From: Octopus sinensis
Taxonomy: Eukaryota
Assembly: GCF_006345805.1 (NCBI RefSeq)
Contig: NC_043005.1
Coordinates: 93,620,001 to 93,684,000, forward strand
Length of the DNA stretch: 64,000 bases
Direction: 5' to 3'
Below are positions 11,614-22,400 of the stretch, piece after piece. The notes under the pieces are model-generated. The model ran no database searches. It saw only the letters and a program-made list of their open reading frames with translations, and was not told the DNA's origin. A program made the position numbers and the translations under genes. Numbering within the stretch: the first letter of the stretch is position 1; every line of letters begins with the position of its first letter.

Positions 11614-11999
11614 GGATCTTTTCGGTTTGAAAGGCAGTTTTTTCTCGCGGTGTCATATGAAATTGTCACCCATAATTATGACCCTTGTTTTAGGGTTAGA
11701 GTTAGGGGAAGGGTATCTGTTTTTCTTCACAAATGTAAATAAATCCAATCTTTCTTAAACGAGGCACATATTCATACGGCACAAAATGTTTTTTTTTTAC
11801 CTCAATAGACGTCAGTGAGTGGTTGAAATTACAGAAATTGAAGAAAAAAACAACAAATATCTTACAAACTATAGAATTTTCTCAATAAAGCCAAGAGAAA
11901 AAGATCTTTTAAAAACACATTCTACCAGTATACGAAGTTTAAAATTTTTTAGTTACCTAGAAATTATATTAAAAACTGCTGTTCAAACCGAAAAGATCC
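11614..11999. mobile_element. 386-bp MITE, Merlin-like (GG termini, 8-bp TSD)
   Basis: TIR GGATCTTTTCGGTTTGAA / TTCAAACCGAAAAGATCC; TSD CTCTATAC at 11606-11613 and 12000-12007. Confidence 0.9.
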
Positions 12000-12191
12000 C
12001 TCTATACTAGTTACCATGATTCTTGATGTGTGCGTAGCCTTTCTTTACTCATTGCCTGCCATCAAGCACTTATCCGACACTCTCACTAACCTATTTCCTC
12101 CTCCTCTCTATATATGATGGAGAAATAAACCGTTTACGTTGGCTGTTATTTTTTTTTAAAGAGGTAATCATTTATTTAAACAATGATAAGA

Positions 12192-12366
12192 CAAACATAT
12201 TCAGTTTAAGATTAATTATCACTCTCGCTACACATCGTTGAATAACGCCCATCACAACCAAACCAAAAAGATATAAAAATCTGTTATTATCACTAAAATA
12301 TTACGATTACTACTATATTGCACCATTGTAAGAAGACAGAAAACGCATAAGAAAGATTAAAAACAT
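12192..12366 (+). repeat. Left arm of a ~175-bp inverted repeat (partner 15832-16008)
   Basis: Near-identical to the reverse complement of 15832-16008. Confidence 0.9.
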
Positions 12367-12663
12367 TTGTTGAGGGAATCCATTCCTTTATGTTGCACCA
12401 TTCACACCTAATCTCTTAATATTTAACTGAAATGTTGAGATGGAAAGATTACTCAGCAGCATGGATATTTTTAGATGTTTTTGAAATATATTAACTAAGA
12501 TTTATATATATATATATAGAAGTCTAGATTTAAGGTCATTTTTCACTGTTACCAGACTACACAAGCCTTATCTACTTAAAAATCTTTTATAAGAAAACGA
12601 ACATATCTTGCAAACAACTTGCACATGCAAGTGCTACCAGTTAAAAGCTCCGTATACTGGAAG

Positions 12664-12775
12664 CTAGCAAGTGTATGGGGTCATCAGGAGAGAATGCACG
12701 CCGTTTCGGGGCCTACCTCTCGACGGCATCAATGCGCACCAGCCCCCCTCACTGATATGAGGCCCCGCTTGCTAG
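12664..12775 (-). ncRNA. Hammerhead-like structured RNA (permuted topology) in the HERO 3' UTR
   Basis: CUGAUGA (12687-12681), GAA-A (12707-12704) and GUC (12724-12722) with three matching helices and an 8-bp closing helix; activity untested. Confidence 0.45.
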
Positions 12776-12856
12776 ATCAGCTGGTTATGAAGTTAAACTC
12801 AATATACTTCTAGCCATCGCTCATCGTTTCTTTTTAACCAAATCCAGTGGTTAGCC

Positions 12857-13821
12857 GGATCTTTTCCTTTTGATGGACGGAAAACATTATTGTAAACAAA
12901 ATTGTAATTTGTAACTTTAACGTAGTTTAATTCTTTGAATTTTAACCAATAAAATCCCAGCATTTGAACTCAAATCATTTGCTGTGTTATCGATATTGAT
13001 AAAGAAACATAGCAGACGCATGCCGCATACACACACACACATATATTCAGATACATACACACGTACACTTGCACACACACACTCTCTGTCACTATCTCTC
13101 TCTCTCTCTCTCAAACACATGCATATACATTTGCACAAGCATATAGTAATTAATATATAAGTGTACACACACATACAAACAGACATATACCTGCACACAC
13201 AAGCATACATACACGTTCGTGTTTTGCCCCTTGCCGCTACAAATTTACACAAAAGCTAAAGGAACCAGAAGGGGGGGGCAATGTTTCATTGTTTCGGGGT
13301 CGATAAATTAAATACCAACTACGCACTGGTGTCGAGGATTTTTTTCCCAATTTGTATCACAGCTTCCGACAAACTGGGGCATCTTTTTATGAAAAAATAT
13401 TTCGCAAATTTTTACAATACGACTCACACTCCACGCACAAACTCTAGACCGCTTTAGGCATATCATTGTTTTGTTTTTGTTGTTTCTGGCCCTTCAAAAC
13501 TATGGGAGAAGCCTTTTCGGTAAAAAAAAAATAAAGAAAATATTCAAAAAATATTGTTAATATTTTTATTGGGCGACGAAATTCAGACAGAAGAGATAAG
13601 GATAAATAAGACGTGTGTGTGTGAGTTTTTAGACACAGCAAATGAATTGAGCTCAAATGCTGGAATCTCATTGGTTAAAATTCGTAGAATTAAACTACGT
13701 TAAACTTAGAAATTACAATTTTGTTTTCAATTATGTTTTCTTTTGACACATTCTACCAGTATACAAAGTTTCAAATTGTTTAGTTAACTAGAAAATTCCG
13801 TCCATCAAAAGGAAAAGATCC
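12857..13821. mobile_element. 965-bp MITE, same family as 11614, with internal microsatellites and extra sequence
   Basis: 26-bp perfect TIR GGATCTTTTCCTTTTGATGGACGGAA; TSD GGTTAGCC at 12849-12856 and 13822-13829. Confidence 0.92.
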
Positions 13822-13939
13822 GGTTAGCCTTCTCCACTGTAGATTGGATATCAGTCATGGTGGTATTGACTTTACGATGAGTTAGGCTTAGCAATAACAA
13901 CAGTCATCTCACGCTGTGTCCAACAAACCCTCTACATCC

Positions 13940-14267
13940 AATTTCTTTATTAGCCACATGGGCCCAAACATAGAGGGGGACAATACAGCCTGATTGGGGT
14001 CAGACACACAATGGTTATATGACTTTTAAAATTTTACAGAATATGAAATCGAATGAGATACAAGGACGAAATACAGACATGAGATGAAGCAGAGATGGCT
14101 TACGCCCCGACCCCCATTCTCCTACTGAAACTTTTGTATGTAAACTTATGACATGATCACAAGGAATCTTTCATTCCCAGCACCCTCGCAACATGCAACC
14201 ATCTTTCTTTGACAGACATCTTCTTTCCAGCCTCACCTTCCTTTTAAGGTGGAAGATAAAATATCTC
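13940..14267 (-). mobile_element. Short Tx1-like 3' end inserted in HERO
   Basis: FIFHLKRKVRLERR and 3' end gtggctaataaagaaa similar to the element at 742-1420; 17-bp TSD ACAAACCCTCTACATCC at 13923-13939 and 14268-14284. Confidence 0.8.
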
Positions 14268-15831
14268 ACAAACCCTCTACATCCGACTTCGATAGGAAAA
14301 TATTCCGCTTTCCAGCCTGCATCTTCACATTCCTCGAGGAGGTTTTCATAACGGTTCAATTTTCGAGCCCAAGCGGCGTCCATATTATCGTGAGGAACCG
14401 TTAGCTCGACTATATTTACAACTTTCTTTCTTTCACACCACATCAAAATATCTGGTTTTTTCGTAACTGGGATGGGAAAGAAAACCTGGCACCCAGGTAA
14501 ATCTGCAGTTACCTCCCAATAGCCGTTCCACTTTTCATTTTTCTCAGGAAGTTTCTTGATCTTCTTCTTGAAACGGATCCGCTGACCTGGTCGCACAAAG
14601 GTAATGAAATCTCTTGATGGTACTTTCAATGGTTTTTCCTCAGTGTTGTTGAGATGAATTTGGTTCTTTATAGCATTGAAGATAACCTTAAGGACCAAGT
14701 TGTGCTTCCATGTATACCTGTTCAATGCTAATGAACAGTTGGGAAGAATATGTTTTAGTGTACCGACCTTTCCACATTTGCTAGATTCGTAGGTGATGGC
14801 AAAACATCATAAGATGAACGAATCAGGAAACTCGGCCGGGATGTCGTCCACTTCCACATCTCATCCCAACTTATCTTCCTCTCAACATGTTCTTCTCATC
14901 TCAACATCTGACCTTGATGAACACATCGGATCAAATGAAGCTCTCTTCTCTTGTTTTGACGCTGTTGCTAACAACAGATCTGCGTTCACTCCGCATCATG
15001 CTTGCAAACGGTCAGAACTGATCTGCGCAAAAACCCAAGTCCTTTCCGATGGTTCTGCGTTGCTCCCACCATATCTCTGTGTATAAAATAACAGTTAATT
15101 TGATTTCCAAATAGGTAATTGCCACCTGACTATAAATTTTGAGTTTTTGTGTATTTTATTTTTATAGAATAGCATTAAGGGGTAGCTCCATATTTACTTA
15201 TTTTGCCTTGATACAAGTTTCCTATTATGCAATGGTTTCAGCTAAGACTCCCACCAGTAATTGGAGGGATTCCTTATTTGTGGGCAATATGCATTAATGA
15301 AAGTAATTTGAGATACAAAGAATTTGTATTGCTGTCCCACTGCATGGTACCTTGAGCAAGAGTCTTCAGTTACAACCTCAAGACGACCAAAGTCTTGTGA
15401 GTAGATTTGGTAGATGGAAACTGAAGAAATCTGTTCAGGAGTATCTCTCTCTTAAAATCAAGTTTTTACATAACTTTACTCACTGTTACAAATGTTTCAA
15501 GTAATTTGAGGAATTGCTTCCTTGCTATAAGAGAATGGTCGTGGATTAAACGAAATTATTAATTATGCACACAAGCCATTGTATATAGTGAGGAAACAGT
15601 TGAAGTCATTTGAAACGGTGAATAAAGTTATGTAAAAGACTTAGTCTCCATTCTTTGTTTAATTGCTTTCATAGTCTGTGATTAATGCCCCAATTAATCA
15701 ATTAGTGAATAATCTCCACAGTTTTTATGGATTGGCTGGTGTAGATAATCAATATTGATTCTTACACTCTTCACTGGACATTCTAAGCCAGGTTTTCTCA
15801 CATGGTACAGCGGAATGAGGTATTTTCCTAC

Positions 15832-16008
15832 ATGTTTTTAATCTTTCTTATGCATTTTCTGTCTTCTTGTCTTAACATGGTGCAATATAGTAGTAATCAT
15901 ATTTTAGTGATAATAAATGATTTTTATATCTTTTTGGTTTGGTTGTGATGGGCGTTATTCAACGATGTGTAGCGAGAGTGATAATTAATCTTAAACTGAA
16001 TATGTTTG
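15832..16008 (-). repeat. Right arm of the inverted repeat (partner 12192-12366)
   Basis: Near-identical to the reverse complement of 12192-12366. Confidence 0.9.
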
Positions 16009-16044
16009 CTGTATTGGATTTCTTTGGAGTATACTGAAGCGATA

Positions 16045-16330
16045 TTATGGTTCAGTGATTAGGGCGTCGAGCTTACGATCATGAGGTTGTGAGTTCGATT
16101 CCCAGATCAGGCTGTGTGTTGTGTTCTTGAGCAAGACACTTTATTTCACATTGCTCCAGTTCACTCAGCTGTAGAAATGAGTTGCAATGTCACTGGTGCC
16201 AAACTGTATCGGCCCCTTTGCCTCTCCCTTGGATAACATCAGTGATGTGGAGAGGGGAGGCTGGTATGCATGGGCGACTGCTGGTCTTCCATAAAAAAAA
16301 CCTTGCCCAGACTTGTGCCTCGGAAGGGAA
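16045..16330 (+). mobile_element. Second tRNA-derived SINE family
   Basis: B-box-like GAGTTCGATTCC followed by core gagcaagacactttatttcacattgctcc. Confidence 0.6.
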
Positions 16331-16799
16331 CTTTCTAGGTGCAATCCCATGATCATTTTAGCCCCAGATACTCTATCTTGCCAGATGTGTCTGACAAGCA
16401 GCAAAACTTTTTTTTTTTTTTTTTTTGTAATTTCTTCAAATTACTGCACCAGCTTAATAACAACAATGTTATTTTATTAAATTCATTATTTTCAAAATTA
16501 ATTCAAACAGTATATTTCATCAGAAATATGGCAACAAAAAAATGTTCGTGTCATCTCTGTAACTAAGTAAAAGCTGGAAGCAAAACCGTCTTGATCATAA
16601 CTGATGTTCTACCAAACTTCCCGACAGATACTACAATATGGCATTTGTCAAAGTGTCCACTAAGCCAATAAATGCCAGAATTATTTGTTCCCATCTCACT
16701 GCTTTTCTGGTAGATATTTCAGGAGAAATATAACTGTGGTTCCGTTCCTAGTGCAGGTTCTAACTCTACCTTTTTAAACTGTTAAATTGCCTTCAAAGT

Positions 16800-18065
16800 C
16801 TGAAACGCATGGTCATGTGATGTGTATGGATGAGGACAGCTGCATAAATAAATGCTGAGCTCTAATTATGGAGGGAACCTGTAGAAGGGGGTAAGACCCA
16901 GGAAGACATGGAACAAAGTGGTGAGAAAGGATCTTCCAACGCTGGGCTTCAGTGGGGGATTGATAAGGGACCAGGAGTTGTGAGATTTGCTGTACTTGAG
17001 AATCCATGCATTCGGGCTTGTCCTTTACAGGTGCCGATGCTGCATGAATGCAAGCATCCAGCACACTCTGTAAAGTGGCTGGCATTATTAGCAAGGGCAT
17101 AGATACCATGTCGCAACAGACAATTGAGGTTTGGACAATTCCCTCGCTGGCCAACTGCATGTCAAACCATCCGACCCATACCAGCAAGGAAAACAGACGT
17201 TAAGTGATGATATCTCCTTACACCTTTCACACTAATGGCATTTTAACCATGACCATCCCATCATATTTATCTAAGACTCTAGCAGAAGGAGTGAATGCTT
17301 AGTTTATCTTTGTAGAAGTTTGCTCGTCCAGTTTGAGGAGATAAGATCTGGATCAATCCAACAGCTAACGGGATTTAACTAACCGAAGACTTTCTGCTTG
17401 CTCAATATCACTGCAACATTCTAATTTTCAAGCAAAATAGAGAATTTCAACATGACAACAGAGACAGGGGGAGGGGTTCAATATTTGCATTCAGAACTTA
17501 CAATGATAGACAATTCTATTGCTTTCTGTTGAATTACTAGTTTGTATCTCAGTTGCATGTGTCTTACCAGTTCCTTGTGACCTCACTGGTGCCATGTAAA
17601 AAAAAACATCCAGTATGCTCTGTAGAGTGGCTGGCATGTTAGGAAGGGCATCCAGGTGTAGAGACCATGCCATAGCAGAGAGTGGAGGTTGGTGCAGCCT
17701 TCTGACTTGCTGGAATCCTCTCAGATAATCCAATGCCAGCATAGAAGAATGTCTGTTAAATCAAGATGATGGTATTTTATAACCAGGGGCCCTTGGCTGC
17801 ACTTTCCTCACATAATCTTCAGGAATAAACAACAACCTGAAAGGTGACAATGGTTTACACTCACACCTGCACACGTGTGGCTGTGAACATGTCTTGATAG
17901 TTGTGAGGAAGAGGTGTCCTTTGCTTGTAATCTTCAATGTCAACGTGTCTGGCGATGCAGAAATATTTGTTTAGCATTAGCAACAGGAAGGCATCCAGCC
18001 ATAAAAAATTCCATCTCAACAAATTCTCTCTGACCCATGCCAGCATGGAAAAGTGGACATAAAAT
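16800..18065 (+). mobile_element. Cluster of decayed RTE 3' fragments
   Basis: GRPRKTW-coding segment and family tails near 17200, 17760 and 18060. Confidence 0.7.
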
Positions 18066-18109
18066 GAGGTCACGTCTGATTGTGTGACTACTAAACCATA
18101 CAAAGTTAC

Positions 18110-18261
18110 AAAACACAGACATCAAATTTTATTTATAAATGATAAAAGTGACAGCTGAAAGTCTGGAGAAATATTTGGTTTGATTGATTATAAAGAAGAG
18201 GGGGAAAGAAAAATCCAAAACAGACAATTTGTTAAAGTGTTTGAAAGAGAGAGAGAGAGAG

Positions 18262-18301
<40 letters not shown>

Positions 18302-19302
18302 AAGTAAGTTGTAAAGTTAATTATAAATTGTTGATGATGATGATGACGACAAGGATCGTGTTTTAGTTGCTGCTGCTGCTGCTGCCACTGGAATCTGAAT
18401 TATTAAAGCTAACTCACTCTAATAGATTAAAGAAAAAGAAACAGAGCAATTAGAACATTGCTAAAGTCGAACACACTGTAGGAAGAAGGTAAAACGAATA
18501 AACGAAAAGGAAAATCTGATTTGCGAAAAGACAAATAGAGATGGAGAAAAAATATTTTTAAAAAGAAAATCTAAAGACTTGAACAATGTTCCCTTCATCA
18601 CTTGCTGGCTGTTTTTTTGTTTTTTTTAAGTCACTTTGCCAAGAAAAAAAAAAGCTGAATAAAAAGAAAAGAGAGTGGAAAGAAATTGCGTGAGATGTGA
18701 GATAGGATGTGTCTTGATCTTGCTGCCTTTCAGGATGGAACTGATTCTGGTGGTGCTTGTGCAGGTTCTGGTAAATACCGATGTTTTTATGAATGTTGGA
18801 CAGGCAGCTAAGCAGAAACTATACTGAGGGAACTATGTCCACCTTGGAAACAGTCAAACAAATGTATTTCTAGTTATGTAGACATTTCTTTTTTTTAAAA
18901 ACCTTTTTTCAATGCAATTTCAGTGAAACTAAACAGCCTTTAGTTCAGAAACTTGAGACTTAACCAAGTAGATGTCCTATCATGTAACACGTTGAGGAGA
19001 TTGTGGGAATATGTAAATGTGCGTGTGTGAGAGACGGAGAAAGAGAAAGAATGTGTTTTCTGAATATTGTTGTTTTATTTCTATTTTGAAGTTCTTCCAA
19101 TGCCAAAAGCTTCTGATCTGTGCACAGAAGTAAGCTTGAAAAGATTCTCTCTCAATGAAAGAGTCAGGATCTTCACAGTAGTTTATTTACACCGGCACCT
19201 CCCGACCATGCGGGCTCGACCTCTCTCTCGCTGTGTGTGTGCCATGTCCAGTTGACAGAATCTAAAACCGGAGGTTCTTGAGTAGGATTCAATCACAAGA
19301 AA
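18110..19302 (-). other. SF3B1: Probable SF3B1 3' UTR (U-rich, with simple repeats)
   Basis: Follows the stop; AATAAA on minus at 19073-19078 and 18128-18133; RTE debris begins just beyond. The true end is uncertain. Confidence 0.45.
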
Positions 19303-19461
19303 TCATAACATATAATCAAGTTCATAGCGAATGTATTGGTTTTTCACATCATTTGGTATACGAGGATAGGCTGGAATCATGCCGTCTTGGGCACCAATAT
19401 ATACAGTGTTGTACACTTTCCAGTAGACATCTCGCACTTTCCGTGCAGGATGGAAGAGCCC
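19303..19461 (-). CDS. SF3B1: SF3B1 terminal coding exon: [15 protein letters not shown]...[11 protein letters not shown]
   Basis: tttccag acceptor, 159 nt, TGA at 19303-19305. Confidence 0.98.
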   Translation of the reverse strand, partial: GLFHPARKVRDVYWKVYNTVYIGAQDGMIPAYPRIPNDVKNQYIRYELDYML

Positions 19462-22400
19462 CTGGAAAAGACAAATACAGAAATACTTTTAAAACCTCAG
19501 TCAACTGCAACTAAATTTAGTTTAAGAGAGAAACAGTCTATCACCCAACACAATTTCATATAAAATAATTCTAATCAGATACTTTATTAATATCATTATT
19601 AAGATTGGAGCTTGGTGCAGCCATCTGGTTCGCCAGCCCTCAGTCAAAATCATCCAACCAATGCTAGCATGGAAAGCGGACGTTAAACGAACGAACGAAA
19701 CAAATGTTATTCATTTCCAATATTCTGCAAAAACATGTCTGACCATAGGAAATATTATCTTGCTTGGAAATGTAGTTGTAGAAAATCAGCCTCAATAAAC
19801 TGTTCCAACCCATGCAAGCATGGAAAAGTAGACAAAATGATGAAGTTAATAAAATAACCATTCCTATCCATATATCTTCAATTTACATGCAATATTTTTA
19901 TTAACAAATTAGATTGATTTCAAATTTTCTGATTTAATTACCTTAAGAATGTTTTCCACCTGAACACTTATACTTACCAGTTACATGAAAACAAAATATT
20001 TTTATGGGTTTAATTCGAAAAGGAGGAGCATAACATACAACCCCTTTAAGGGCGCAATGGTGAAGGAAAATGTAGCGTTTCTTACATTGTATTTCTTTAT
20101 CTTTTAACATGGAAGGAAGCAATGTCCATGACCTTTCCAGGCCCTCACAGACTGGTGGGTGGAAGATATCTTTAATGCAGAATCCTGCCCTGACTGTGTG
20201 CAATAGAGTGAACTCTGTTAAATGTGCCCAACATGCCAGATGTTGTTAAATCAAACAAGTAGACCCTGGTAAAATTAGAATTCACAATGCCAAGAACCAG
20301 ATTAGATACCACAAGGTATCTGATATTCAAGATAATCATTCAGGGTGGATGAATATCTTTTGTTTTTTCATTAGCCCCAGATGAAAGGCAATGTTGACCT
20401 CAACAGGTTTTGAACTCAAAGCACACCAACTCAAATGTGTTACAATAAGGAGCAGCATACCAAGGACGCTACTGCTTTGAATCCTGGAACTGATTCGGCC
20501 AGTTCCTTGTTTACAGATGAGCAAACTGTCCGACCGATGCCAGCATGGAAAGCAGATGTTAAACGACTGCAACAACATGCTGAAGAACACAAAGGCACCA
20601 CCTGAGCTTGGAATCAAAACCATATTCTTGTGACAGTAAGTGCAACACCCTAACCTTGTGCCTATACAGCAGAAAGTATTTATTTCATAGATGGAGATTT
20701 AAATCAACAGGTACAAAGTAATTAAACTATTATCAATCAAATATCCATATCTTACCTGTAGAGCATACTGGAGAATTCTTGCCGACCCCAAACCAACTCG
20801 AAGTCCTTCGATGGCTCCCATAAATGCTTGTACAACATGTGGTGATGTTTCAAAAATATTTGGCCAGACATAGTTCATTAAATGATTCAGAGCATCTTCA
20901 CAGCCAAAACCATACACCCCAAGAGACAAATGTTGGATAGCAGCCATTGCTGTTTGACGATGAACAAGATCTCTGCAAAAGATAAACAATGTCCAGGAAA
21001 TCTATTTTTGGTGCTAATATGATATATAAACATTTTGTTCTTTTGCTCAATAATTCAAGTCTGCACAAAAATTTTTTTAACATACTCTTTCTCTCCTGCT
21101 TTGTTTTTATTTTAATAATGTGACTCCCCTTGGGGTTAGTAGTCTTGCAAGATGCATGGTGACCTTACTAGTATTAGTTGCACTAAAAAGAATCCAGCAG
21201 TAAAAAGAATCCATGCCAAAGTAGTCTCTGGATCCTGTCAAACTGTCCAACCCATGTCAGCATGGAACAGAGATGTTAGACGATGATGATTGTGCATTGT
21301 TAACACAACTAACAACTCTGATCTTATTTTGATATTTCCCACTATATTTCAACTACAATACCTGCTCTAATTACATTACAGAAACCATCTATGATGCGTA
21401 GTAAGGCATCTGAATGGTCTATAAATTTCCTTTCATGAATGTCTCTAACAAAACTTCCGAACCAGGAACATTTTAGGTTGGGGTCCTCAGTCAGTTTGAG
21501 AGACAACCATATGAACCCTAAATGTCTGTACAGGAAATGTGTCATTTATTACTATTTTGTACTTAGGCTCCTTTGTACTTCTTTTTTTTTTCTGAACTCT
21601 AAACCGCTTTTTCAAACTGGAAACTGTACTTGCAATGACAGATTCAGCCATGAGAACCATGTTGTCGTCATATAAAAGTTTCCAAGGACTAAAACTGAAA
21701 TTGCCACTAATCCTGAACCTGCTTACAGATCAACACAAGCTCTCTCTCAAAAACTTCCTTCTTACACATGGCTTTCTCAGTTCCCGTGGAAGAAGTAGAC
21801 CCAGGAAAACCTGGGACAAGGTGGTGAAGCACGACCATCGAACTGAGGCAATGACTAGCAATCAAGACCTTTGGAAATATGCTGTGCGTGAGAAGACCCA
21901 GCAGGACAAGTGAGTCCATCCCAGCCAGCCCACTTATGCATGCCTTTCCTTCCCTTGGACACACGAAGACCTGTTGAGGCAAGCGAAGTCGAAATCGAAC
22001 CTCATCCGACGACAGGCACCCATGCCAACCTCCCTTCATTGGACATTAAACTCTGCTTGCGAAGACCTGTTGGGGCAAGTGAAATCAGAATTGAAATTGA
22101 ACCAATCCTATGAATGGCATCCGGCAGTTGCCAGGGCCACTGGACTGACTCGTGTGCAGTAAAAAAACACCGTTTCAACCCTGTGCTTGAGGAGATCCAT
22201 TGAGTCAAGTACACCAACATCAAAAATCAATGGAAACTGCAGTTGTGATCCCTCCGAACGTGGCCGATGCCAGCGCCGCCTAGACTGGCTTCCATGCTGG
22301 TGGCACGTAAAAAGAACCATCCGAACGTAGCCGATACCAGCTCCGCCTTGACTGGCTTCCATGCTGGTGGCACGTAAAAAGCACCAATCCGGTTGTGGCC

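Larger units (their letters stand above)
12600..15075 (-). mobile_element. 5'-truncated HERO-clade non-LTR retrotransposon (RLE), split by a Tx1 fragment and a MITE
   Basis: DMVGATQNHRKGLG, ISWDEMWKW..SRPSFLIRSSYDVLPSP, CGKVGTLKHILPNC, RYTWKHN, PDILMW..K.V.IVELTVP, PIEVGCRGFV, VEKANHWIWLKR...*; removing the two TSD-bounded inserts rejoins the ORF, stop at 12799-12801. Confidence 0.85.

Noticed and set aside
12700-12766. HDV-like ribozyme reading of the HERO 3' UTR (7-bp P1 GGGGCCU/AGGCCCC)
   Set aside because: No P3/L3, P1.1 GG or J4/2 motif in the required order; the hammerhead core fits far better.
14793-15086. 97-aa plus-strand ORF
   Set aside because: Antisense of HERO coding sequence.
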